Assembly: GCA_964016885.1 (NCBI GenBank)
Contig: OZ024742.1
Coordinates: forward strand, 103,788,001 to 103,852,000
DNA length: 64,000 bases
Reading direction: 5' to 3'
Source: Eledone cirrhosa
Taxonomy: Eukaryota
The position numbers and the translations under genes were made by a program. Shown one piece after another: positions 1 through 10,642 of the stretch. Each line of letters begins with the position of its first letter. The first letter of the stretch is position 1. The notes beneath the pieces were generated by a model that searched no databases, was not told the DNA's origin, and saw only the letters and a list, made by a program, of their open reading frames with translations.

Positions 1-92
1 CATCTGATAGGTTCTCTTCAGCCACTGTACGGGCTATCTGTTCTGATTCTATTGTTGACATGGCAGCTTTCAGGCTTTTATTTAATCTTTCA
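1..92 (-). CDS. ROCK: ROCK exon, truncated by window edge: NERLNKSLKAAMSTIESEQIARTVAEENLSD
   Basis: taacag acceptor at 93-98; SEQLAR..AEE-like motif. Confidence 0.92.
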
Positions 93-569
93 CTGTTAAA
101 TACAATAAATACTGTGTCACACATTTCAATAGTCTAAATAATTATAGACACACAAATATATAAGTGTGTTTATGTATTTATATATATACCCATGTCAGTA
201 TAGACTAGCAGACATATGATGATGTATCTGTGTATAACCAGTTGGTGCCTACACCAGTGATCCGATCCTGATGAAATTTTACACACATGTTAAGCTAATA
301 TTCAGAAACAGGACTGGCTAATTGGATTTCAATAACAATCAATAATGGAACCCCTGGGGACATCTTTACAATGTAGGAGGAAAGAGAAGACGTTTCAGTG
401 AGAGAGAGGGAAGAGGAGATACTACTACTGTATGTTAAACCCTCCCTCTTCCCACAACTCAGTCCTCCAAAACGAGGCAACAACTTATTAGAAATATACA
501 TACAGAAATTTCAAACAAAGTAGACGACAATCTAATTTTGGTTGATGACTGAACAGATGTCTCTGTAGA

Positions 570-1640
570 TATCATCATCATCATCATCATCAACGTTTAA
601 CGTCCGTGTTCCACGCTTGCATGGGTTTGGACGGGGGTAGTCCCACTTGAGGCAAGAGTGATTGTCTTGCTCGCATAGGACTGTCTGGCAGGTTTTCTAC
701 AGTTGGATGCCCTTCCTAACACCAACCACATTTACAGTGTGGGTCTGGGAGATTTTTACGGTGTTGCCTACACGGCCACATTACAGCGTGGACTGTGTGT
801 TTTTTTGTCGTGACACCTACACGATCTCATTTGTTTCGGCCTGGATGGTGTGGCACCAACATAACTTTACATAGAAGGGGCGGTGTGGATAGGTGGGGGT
901 GGTGGGACGGGGGTGTATTTTGTTAGAGATGCCTACCGATTGTAGTAGGTTTTACTATGTATTTAGGTAAGGCGGGTCTTCTCTATTACTGAGTACCGCC
1001 AAGGGTCTCGGTCCAGTGACATTGTCTTGGAGAGGTGTAAGTGTGTGAGGTCAGAGTTTATCAGCTCGTCCCAGGTTTTTCTAGGTCTGTCTATTCCGTG
1101 GCTACCGTCTATCTTTATTGCCCTGCACTTTGTTATACAGCTATCGACTTTCATGCGCATCACGTGTCCATACCAACGTAGCCTTCTCTCGAGTAAACAA
1201 CATCTGATCCCTCTTATTTCTAATTTTTTCCTTAGTTCGTTTATGCTTTGCCGTTCACGTATATTACTATTACACATCCAGCGGAGCATGCAAGCTTCGT
1301 TCCTCTCTAGTCTGCGTATATCCTCTGCACACAATGCCCAGGTCTCACTACCATGCAACATTGCTGTTCGTATGCAGGCATCATACAACCTGCCTTTCAT
1401 TTTTAGGGAGAATCCTTTAGCGGCTAATAGTGGTATAAGCTCTCTGAACTTTTCCCATCCAGTTCTGACTCTAGCTACTGTACTTTCAGAGCACCCTCCC
1501 CCACTGCTGATTTTGTCACCCAGGTAACGGAAGCTGTCCACTATTTCTATAGAGCCCTCTGCGCAGTTGAAAGAGCTAGTATTTTGTGGGCACTTGCTGC
1601 TACTTATTGCACCAGAGCACCGGCCACATGTAAAATCTAT
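570..1640 (-). mobile_element. 5'-truncated RTE-clade LINE, family A copy 1: ORF C-terminus, 3'UTR and (GAT)n tail
   Basis: ORF 963..1541 (FRYLG, HGSETW, RRLRWYGHVMR, RPRKTW); tail is (atc)n at 570-590. Confidence 0.93.
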
Positions 1641-2146
1641 ACATAGATATACTCAATGTTATCAAAATCTATAGATAGAAAATTTTTTATCCTTTTACCA
1701 ATATCTGGAAGATATGTAATATATGATGCTCTAAAATCATGTATAAAACTTTCACATATACTATAATTAGAATATTATTTGAAAGTAAATATTAGACTAA
1801 ACGCTAAATATAACTATATCTTTAAATAATGTGACTCCGTAAACTAATAAAAATTAGAGTTATCTTTTCCTTTGATAAAAACTTGTTTACATCTAAACTT
1901 TACGAGACATTCAAGCTTAATATAAATATTAAAAATTTGGTAATATTATTTCTATCTTGATACAACTCTAGAATATACAAAATAATATACATCTTCTATA
2001 CAAAAATATAATTATTTCCACATTCTTAAACTATATATTGAAAATGTAAACATATCTTCGCCCAGCATATCCTAACTGTTTTCTTATATAAAGGAATCTA
2101 TATCCAACCTTAACTATTTATCTACTAAATAAATAAAATATATATT

Positions 2147-3783
2147 CAACTACAGGAGAAGTACCTAACTAAAAGTAAACCTAGTAAACTTAGCTTTTGT
2201 TGACTTGGAGAAAGCCTTTGACAGAGTCCCACGCCCTATTATCTGGTGGGCTCTCAGAAAACTAGGTGTTGATGAATGGCTTGTGAGAGCTATACAAGCC
2301 ATGTATAAAGAAACAGTCAGCAAGGTTAGAATTAACAATGACTATAGTGAAGAGTTTAGCGTAAAAGTTGGTGTTCATCAGGGCTCCGTCCTTAGCCCCC
2401 TCCTATTTATTATTGCCCTTCAGGCTATAACAGAGGAGTTCAAGACCGGCTGCCCATGGGAACTCCTATACGCTGATGATCTAATGCTTATAGCTGAACT
2501 AGAGAAGAAATTCCAAACATGGAAGCATGGCCTAGAATCAATAGGCCTTAAAATTAACCTGTCTAAGACTAAAGTTCTAGTATGTAGGAAGGAAAATAGG
2601 GCACTGGTCCCATCTGGGAAATGGCCATGCTCAGTGTGTAGGAAAGGAGTAGGCAGAAACTCCATTTTATGTCCTAAATGCAAAGTACGAGTGCATAAAA
2701 GATGTAGTGGGATCACAGGTAAGCTAACTAAGAATATAGATTTTATATGTGGCCGGTGCTCAGGTGCAATAAGTAGTAGCAAGTGCCCACAGAATACTAG
2801 CCCATTCCATTGCACAGATGGTTCTATAGAAATAGTGGACACCTTCCGTTACCTGGGTGACAAAATCAGCAGTGGTGGAGGGTGCTCTGAAAGTACAGTA
2901 GCTAGAGTCAGAACGGGATGGAAAAAGTTCAGAGAGCTTATACCACTATTGGCCGCTAATGGTTTCTCTCTAAAAATGAAAGGCAGGCTGTATGATGCCT
3001 GCATACGAACAGCAATGTTACATGGCAGTGAGACTTGGGCATTGTGTGCAGAGGATCTACGCAGACTAGAGAGGAACGAAGCTTGCATGCTCCGTTGGAT
3101 GTGTAATAGTAATATATGTGAACGGCAAAGCATAAATGAACTAAGTGAGAAATTAAGAATAAGAGGGATCAGATGCTGTTTACTCGAGAGAAGACTATGT
3201 TGGTATGGTCACGTGATGCGTATGAAAAACGACAGTTGTATAAAAAAGTGCAGGGCGATCAAAATAGACGGTAGCCACGGAGTAGGCAGACCCAGAAAAA
3301 CCTGGGACGACTTGATAAATTCCGACCTCACACACTTATACCTCTTCAAGACAATGTCACTGGACCGAGATCTTTGGCGCTGCGTAGTAATACAGAAGAC
3401 CCGCCTTGCCTAAGTGCAAAGCGAAACCTAGTCAGTAGGCACCTCTTACCAAAATACACCCCCGTCCCACTACCCCCACCCCATCCACACCACCCCCTTT
3501 TGACATAAAGTTATGTTGGTACCACAACATCCATGAGGTTGTGTAGGTGTCACGACAAAAAAACACAGTCCACGCTGTAATGTGGCCATGTAGGTAACAC
3601 GGTAAAAACCTCCCAGTCCACACTGTAAACGTGGTTGGTGTTAGGAAGGGCATCCAGCCGTAGAAAACCCGCCAGACAGTCCTATACGAGCAAGACAACC
3701 AATCTTGCCTCAAGTGGAAAAATGCCCGTCCTACCCATGCTAGCGTGGAAGATGGACGTTAAACGATGATGATGATGATGATT
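2147..3783 (+). mobile_element. 5'-truncated RTE LINE, family A copy 2: RT, PHD finger, C-terminus, (GAT)n tail
   Basis: ORF 2205..3413 with EKAFDRVP, GVHQGSVLSPLLF, LLYADD; tail aaacgatgatgatgatgatg. Confidence 0.95.
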
Positions 3784-4377
3784 CACCATAACTATTTATA
3801 TATACAATTAAACTCTTATAATATAATAAAATATACTTATAACTACAATCTTCATAATATTAAAACACACCCGTAGAATACATCAAATTGTATATATAAA
3901 TATAAGCTATCTTTCACATATTGAATTAATAGTTTATCACTTTAATACATTTATTTATAATTCACACATTATATTATAAATATTTCCAAATTATATAATT
4001 AAATAAATAAAAATAAATATAATTATTTTATTCTTTCTACACCCTTGCAAATATGTTTTGGACAATTATACCTACATGGCCACATTACATATAAATATTC
4101 TGTAAGTAGCTTTAAATTTTTTTTTTTTTCTTAAAATCTTTTCTTCAATTTTTTTCTTCCACCCTAATAGTAACCTTTCTTTCCTTTTCTTATTAAAAAA
4201 TAATTCTAATAATTATTTAAATATACCTAGCATCTAAACATAACAGTCTTTTTCAGTTTTAACGTTATCCTCATTAGCATATTCATCTCGAGGTTTGAAG
4301 TTTTATTCACTATGTACATAGAACTCATAACGTTAAGTTCATATGTAGATATGTCACTATCTGTAAACCAATTTTTG

Positions 4378-4438
4378 TATTTTATCTGATGAGAGCGTAC
4401 CAAAATATTGGTACCCTTGAAATATATATAATAAAATA
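4378..4438 (+). ncRNA. Type I hammerhead ribozyme motif (Penelope-type), structurally intact
   Basis: Stem I TATTTTAT/ATAAAATA; core CTGATGA; stem II GAGCGTACCAA-AATA-TTGGTACCCTT; GAAA; minimal palindromic stem III; predicted AUA cleavage after 4430. Confidence 0.82.
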
Positions 4439-4997
4439 AATATGGTTTTATAAAGATAGTCTCCATTTATTAATATTATTGATATTATACCCCAGAAGAA
4501 ACTGTTGAGTGCTTCTAATATGTTATAAATTAGTTGAATAATCAACAAATTAAATAACTCATTGTTTATTTATATATATATATCGGAGTCCACCTGGTTG
4601 TGGTGGGGCTCATAACGTTGTTATAACTCAATTTATCCTAGGAAGGATGCCTGTGGCGAGAATCAACAGTGTGACTGGTAGTTCTTGTGGTAGTTGATCA
4701 TCACCTAAGGTATCCTCAAAGAAAATCTGTCTATGAAACAATGAACTAACTCTCTACCTACAATAATTGTCACAAGTGTAGTGTTTCTACCAGAGTTTTC
4801 AAGTCGCTGGCTGGACTAAAAAGTCACACTCATTCAGCGCATGGGTAGGGGTTCTCCTACATGGATATAAAGTAGTGGCCGTACTCGAAAACGAGTTGGC
4901 AGCCACCATATATGTATGTAAAAGGTAAGCAAAAATAACAACACAATCGGTTCAGTATATGGAAGGGACATATTAGGTTGATATGGCAGGAAGCAGG

Positions 4998-5033
4998 TCT
5001 TAACCTTTCGGACGCTAGTCCTTCATCAGAAGA
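4998..5033 (-). ncRNA. Minimal hammerhead motif (PLE-type), partly degenerate
   Basis: TCTT-CTGATGA-A-GGAC TAGC GTCC-GAAA-GGTT-AAGA. Confidence 0.65.
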
Positions 5034-5375
5034 AAGAATGAGAAATAAGATAGATTGAGGGGACGGGTGGGTTGGAATTGGAAAAAATCTCTTTAGATAA
5101 AAAATAACAGGTCCATTCATGTTGACATCTCTTGCATATATATATATATATATAAGTTATATCAGCGGGATTTGAACTCAGAATGGAAAGGGCCGTAATT
5201 CTATGCGTCAAAGCATGACGTCCGACCCTCTACCGATACTGCCAATCCACCGACTGAAAATAATGTGAACAGATAAACATGACATTTGACAAATTAATGT
5301 GAATGCTATATATAGTATATATTATTTCCACTATATACCCTAATGTTATTAGATCACAAAGAAACATGGACTTAC

Positions 5376-5479
5376 TTTTCTTGTTCCCTTGTAGAAATGT
5401 CCACAGTCAAATCCTGGTTCTCCTTGTTCCGATCTTTGATTTCGTCCTTTAAGTCTTTTACTTGAGCTCGGTATAAAGA
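5376..5479 (-). CDS. ROCK: ROCK exon (104 nt): SLYRAQVKDLKDEIKDRNKENQDLTVDISTREQE
   Basis: atacag/gtaagt boundaries; LYK.QV.ELKEE-like motif. Confidence 0.93.
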
Positions 5480-5719
5480 CTGTATAAGAGAAAAACACAC
5501 ATTTGGTAGAGAGAACTTAACAGTGAAAAATGTGAAAGAGCTGCGAAAACTTAGGATATATTTATGTGTTGAAATTCAGATCTGGTGATAAGTGTTCTGG
5601 TTGTTTGAATAATGGAACAGCCTGCTTGTGAAATTAACAAGCCAGTGCTAAGCATTTCAGACATATGTACCCTTAACATAGTTGTACTCCATGAGATTCA
5701 GCAAGATGCAGATACAACT

Positions 5720-5860
5720 CATTTTTATCAGCTGAATTGGTTGGAGCAATGTGAAATAAAGTGTCTAGCTCAAGAATACAATGTGCCACCAGAAATCAAA
5801 CTAATAACCTTACAATTGGGAATTGAACACCCTGACCACTAAGCCACATGCCTTCATGAG
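5720..5860 (-). mobile_element. tRNA-derived SINE (V-SINE-like). Other copies at ~26330-26475, 33160-33265 and 34490-34640.
   Basis: Shared cagctgag..ctggagcaatgtgaaat.aagtgtcttgctcaag..cacaa...gaattgaac(c/t)c, the reverse complement of a B-box-containing head. Confidence 0.7.
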
Positions 5861-6454
5861 GATGTTTATACTGATTGTACAATGACAGGCAGGAGACATT
5901 TGAAGCTACATACAATAGACACAGCACAAAATAAAAAGTACAATAAAACACAAGCTTAGTTATTTGTAGTCTTAATTTTTTGTCAATCCTGTAATTCCTC
6001 TGTTGGTCTGGCTATACACAACTAACCTTTAGTAGAGAAAGCTTATAATATTACAGAGTTATATTTGTCTAGCATGTGACTGATTTGAGACTGTGTATTG
6101 AAACTGAAACAATTACTGTGTGGGAGAGTCATTTAATAACACATAAAAACTTAACTTTACATCAGTTTTTGAATTGTGTCAGTAACAAGGTTACAGGCAG
6201 TGTGACAAGAGGTTCGACACCAGGAAATCATAATATAAAAAAGGGAGGAGTGCAGGACTGCATGCTGAATATATTTTTTTATCCCGTTAGTAAAGTAAGA
6301 CATTATTATATTCATATATATCTGCATATAATATCAATATGCAGACTACACATGCTAGCAGAAAACCACCCAAAGGATGGTTTTTCTGCTAGTAAATTAT
6401 AATGTAAACAGTTTTTGCATTTATAAATTGCTAAAAGTCACCCATCACACACTA

Positions 6455-6845
6455 TAAAGGGGTTGTGTAAGTGTCACGACAAAAAGCATCCAGCCCACAC
6501 TGTAAAGTGGTCATGTAGATGTCACAACAAAAAGCACCCAGCCCACTTTGTAAAGTGGTCGTGTAAATGTCATGACAAAAAGTGCCCCGCCCACACTTCA
6601 AACTGGTCATGTAGGTGTGACGACAAAAAGCACCCAGCTCACATTGTAAAGTAGTCACATAGGTGTCATGACCAAAAACACCCAGCAAAAACTATGTGGT
6701 TGGCATTAGAAAGGGCATCCAGCCATAGAAACCAAACCAGAAACAGTTCTGTATAAGACACAGTCACCTGAGCCGACTTGCCTCAAACGGGACAACCCGT
6801 TTAACGCATGCTAACATGGAAAAGACACATTAAACGATGATGATT
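6455..6845 (+). mobile_element. Short element sharing the RTE family A 3' end, with about 6 internal 39-bp tandem units
   Basis: Unit gtgtcacgacaaaaagcacccagcccacactgtaaagtggtc, then tggttggcattagaaagggcatccagcc...aaacgatgatgat. Confidence 0.8.
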
Positions 6846-7310
6846 CTTCTATGTGGTAAGATTATAATACATCCTGCTTTATTTACACACATACAGAGAG
6901 AGACAAATGCACACACACAAAAGCACATACAAAGATATGAGAGAGTAGTAAAAACTAAGTTCAGTTTAGATGCTGACAGAGATAGTCATGTAAATCATCA
7001 TCCTCATTGAACGTCTGCTTTCCCAACTGCCTCTGATTCCATGATACAAGGCTGTTTATTTTAAAGTATTCATTATTTATCTAAAAATCTTCCATCATAA
7101 TTTTAAATAAGAACCTTTGTTAAATTGTGTTCTAAACACCAACTTAATACTGAGAAAGTTATTTTACTAAATCCTTCCAAATTCTTTTGTTATTTTCAAA
7201 GTTATTTGAAAATTATAGGTAGTGTCTTTCATTAGAAATGTGGTAAGGAATGGGTTAAGAAATAAATGTATTGGTAAATGGTAGAGGTTGAAAATTTGTG
7301 CAATACTTAC

Positions 7311-7380
7311 TGAGAAATAAGATTCTGCTTCAAACTGGTCTTGTAACTCTCGCATCTGAAGTTCTGCTAAAGATGATTCT
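7311..7380 (-). CDS. ROCK: ROCK exon (70 nt): ESSLAELQMRELQDQFEAESYFS
   Basis: ctgcag/gtaagt boundaries; QMRELQDQLEAEQYFS-type motif (Shroom-binding region). Confidence 0.95.
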
Positions 7381-7974
7381 CTGCAGAGATAAATAGAAAT
7401 ATGACAAATATTTAGGATATTTACCATCAAATATGAAATTTCAGAGGAATTCCAGATAAAAGTATGGTGGTGAATATTGTGGGGGTGTGGTGCATAAAGA
7501 TACACTTTTACATACAGCATCATGGTGTGTACACACACACACTTATTTGTACTTCATGTGTGTATGTGTGTGTGTAGATGAGGGTGTAAGACACTACACA
7601 CATCTCAACACCTTAGACAATTACAAACTAAATTAGGTTTAAACTCATATTAAATATGCAAGTTTAGATTTTTTTTTTTAAGTAGGTACATATAGAGAAT
7701 AGGAGAATTTGAAATAATCTGTAGGGGAGTTTCAGAAGAACATAACATGTATTGATAGAAGGAGAGAGAAAGATATATAGTGATTTGGTAGAAGAATTCA
7801 TAGAGGGGAATGTGTGTATGTAAAGTGGTCATGTAGATGTCACAACAAAAAGCATGCATTGGTAGATGAATAAGTTGAGGGCCAGAGAGCGATGTAAAGT
7901 GTATCGATGGGTTGGAAGACACAGAGTTGAGGGGTGAGAGAGAGAGATGGAGAGCAGGAGACAGTGAGGCAGAT

Positions 7975-8240
7975 ATGTACTAATAGAAGAATTAGTACAG
8001 GGTATATATATATATATATATATGAGAAAGAGAGAGAGAGAAAGAAATGCCTACTATTAGAATTAGTACAGGGGGCATATATGAGAGAGAGAGAGAGAGG
8101 TGTACTATTAGAAGAATTAGTACAGGGGTATATATGACAGAGAGAAAGAGATGTGTGCTAATTAGAAGAATTAGTACAGGGGTATATATGAGAGAGATGT
8201 GTACTAATAGAATTAGTACAGGGGGCATGTGAGAGAGAGA
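7975..8240. repeat. Minisatellite, about 5 units, each with a hairpin core TGTACTAAT-AGAAGA-ATTAGTACA plus (TA)n/(GA)n
   Basis: Repeated tactaatagaagaattagtacagggg. Confidence 0.85.
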
Positions 8241-8362
8241 ATATTAACTATTATCACCTTTGTCCCATTGATTATCATCTAACCCATTTTGTTGTAGCTG
8301 CTGCTGCTGATGATGATGATGATGAAAAAGTAGACGAAAATGATACAAGAAAGATAACTTAC

Positions 8363-8424
8363 TCTTTTAATTTCCTCAGTTCTTCTTCTGCCTTTTGCTT
8401 CTCCTCTCGCAGTTCTTTGAGATC
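8363..8424 (-). CDS. ROCK: ROCK exon (62 nt): DLKELREEKQKAEEELRKLK
   Basis: ttgtag/gtaagt boundaries; phase 0-2. Confidence 0.9.
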
Positions 8425-9224
8425 CTACAAACAGAGCAGAATTATTACATCTCACTCAAGATATTGTTCTATGAAGCAGAGGACAAAATGTAGGACATGC
8501 TGTGGGGGATTCAGTCCAGAACTATCATTGTAAACACTGATGATACTCTAAGACTGTGAGAATGATAGCCATAAGGTTGATATCATGTTAAACACACCCA
8601 GATCACTAATAAATAACATGTAAAATACCAAAGTATTTAATTGAGGTTTGGGTGTGTTGACATTTTTAAAAATTATAATATAAAACAACAGAAACTACTT
8701 AGTGGCAGTGACAGAGAAAGTAAGTGATGCTGTTGGAGTTAGTGACTATAGTGAAAATGGTATTGGCAGTGGCAGTGTTAACACTAGTGGTGGTGGGTGT
8801 TGTTGTTTAACCCCAAGTCGATCCTAATTTAGTAGACCTACGATCAAAGATTTTACAGTCATGGCCATCCAGTCTTGTTTTCAGGTATATCTAAGATTAT
8901 GTTGTCCCAAAATGTCCTATTTTTTAAAGGTATGGTAGGATTTGAGGCAAATTTGACTGCTATTTCTAGCAGGCCAAGTGACCACATATAGCTGGCATAG
9001 TGAACCACTTGCCTGCAAGTAAAATTTCCCCTGCTTTTGAATCTGAATCCACTTACTCACAGAGTCTCTAAACACCCATATGAAAGCAACAAAAAGAAGA
9101 AAAAAAATGATTTAAGACAAACTCAGTAATTAAATATATGTTATATAGCTATGAATTAGTAAAATCAAAGATTCATTATTTCTATCATTGCAGATGCAGC
9201 TACACAGGTTTATAGTCACTCCCA

Positions 9225-9530
9225 ATATGGCCCTGGCAGTGGTGGGGATGTCGGTAGTGGTGGCGATGTCGGTAGTAGTAGTGGTGTCGGCAGTGATGAT
9301 GATGTTGTTAATGGCGATGGTAGTGGTAGTGGTGGTGCCAGTGGTGATGTTGGTAGTGGTGTAATGATAGTAGTGGTGATGATGGTGGTAGTGGTGGTGG
9401 TGATGGTGTGATGGCGGTAGTGGTGAAATGGCGGTTGTGGTATTATGTTGGTAGTGGTGCGATGGTGTAGTGGTATTGTTGGTTGTGGTGATGGTGGTAG
9501 AGGCATTATATTGGTTGTGGTGATGGTGGT
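9225..9530. repeat. Degenerate (GTG/GTA/GAT)n trinucleotide tract
   Basis: Low-complexity triplet run. Confidence 0.9.
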
Positions 9531-9654
9531 AATAAAATAGAAATTGTGTGTGTGAGAGTTGCTTTAGGTAGTGAATAATTGCAATGATCAAATCCACACT
9601 TCACTTCCAATATCTTGGTCTGACAGCAGAATAGTATTGCCCTAGTAAGAGATA

Positions 9655-10500
9655 CATTCCACTACAGTGGACTGCCAGGTACCTAATCTACTGGGATCTG
9701 TCTCACAAAGTGTCCCTCCATTACAGAGGACTGCCGGGTACCTAATCTACTGGGGGTCTTCCTAATAAAGTGTCCCTCCACTACAGTGGACTGCCAGGTA
9801 CCTAGTCTACTGGGATTTTCCTAACAAAGTGTCTAAACCCCACTAGAATGGACTGCCAGGTACCTTGTTTATAGGGATCTGTCTGATAAAATATCACTCC
9901 TCTACTATAGTGGACTGCCAGGTACCTAGTCTATAGGGATCTACCTAACAAAGTACCTACTCTCGGGGCCCAAATAATAGGGGGTGATGGGTAAGCAGGT
10001 GGAGGTGTGGAATAATCAGGTGGGGGTTGGAAAATCAGTAATTTTTCTCAGTTGTTTCCACTGATTTTTAAAAAAACAGAATTAGTTGTTTAGTTTACAT
10101 ATTGAGACCCCCCAAACCATCCTATTTATTCTATAACATAGGATTTCAAGTAATTTACTTTTTTGGTCATGTATAAAGATTTTTCAATGTCTAAAGAAAA
10201 TTAATCGTCACAGGAATGCTACCACTTAAAATAAAATTTTGCCAAAGATAGATTAGCAAAATTTAATATAGATGGGGTGGGGAATCTGGAAAATTAATAA
10301 GAAGGAGGAGGGGAGACCATTATTTGAGACATGAGAGTATCCTCTACTAGAATGGACTGCCAGGTACTTAGTCTACTGGGATCTGCCTCACAAAGTGTTT
10401 TATAGTGGACTGTTTGGTACCTAATCTATAGAGATCTGCCTGACAAAGTGTCGCTCCTCTACTACAGTGGACAACTGAGTATCAAGTCTATTGGGATTGC
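9655..10500. repeat. ~61-bp minisatellite interrupted by a MITE
   Basis: Unit ccactacagtggactgccaggtacctaatctactgggatctgtctcacaaagtgt; about 5 units left and 3 right of 9958-10339. Confidence 0.88.
9958..10339. mobile_element. Tc1/mariner-type MITE with TA termini
   Basis: Imperfect TIRs tactctcggggcccaaataat / attatttgagacatgagagta. Confidence 0.65.
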
Positions 10501-10519
10501 CTGAAATACATCCACTTAC

Positions 10520-10642
10520 CTTATCATATTGCTTTTCCCGTGCTTTGGCTTTGTTCAGTTCTTGTGTTTGTGTTTTCAAGTCACCTTGCATTAAGTTGCG
10601 CCTCTGTATTTCCTGTTCAACTTGAAGATTTAGATTTTTCAC
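10520..10642 (-). CDS. ROCK: ROCK exon (123 nt): VKNLNLQVEQEIQRRNLMQGDLKTQTQELNKAKAREKQYDK
   Basis: tgacag/gtaagt boundaries; resembles the vertebrate VKNLTLQLEQE..KR...Q.DLK.Q segment. Confidence 0.93.

Larger units (their letters stand above)
1641..4560 (+). mobile_element. Highly decayed Penelope-like element interrupted by the RTE copy at 2147-3783
   Basis: Degenerate frames YLDTTLEY..YTSSIQK (~1951-2010), NLYP (~2095) and TSNCIYK (~3879, GIY-YIG-like), followed by a hammerhead at 4378-4438. Protein similarity is weak and judged by eye. Confidence 0.5.

Noticed and set aside
1027-1527. Antisense ORFs over LINE copies (also 2420..2842, 50437..51760 and 63176..63733)
   Set aside because: Shadow frames of the RTE ORF, repeated only because the element is repeated.
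570-3783. Twin-priming origin for the inverted LINE pair
   Set aside because: Both copies have their own 3' tail and about 1 kb of overlapping, diverged sequence, so they are independent insertions.
9130-9597. His/Thr-rich ORFs (also 37854..38288, 53020..53217 and 31835..32201)
   Set aside because: These are translations of microsatellites or minisatellites with no splice or homology support.
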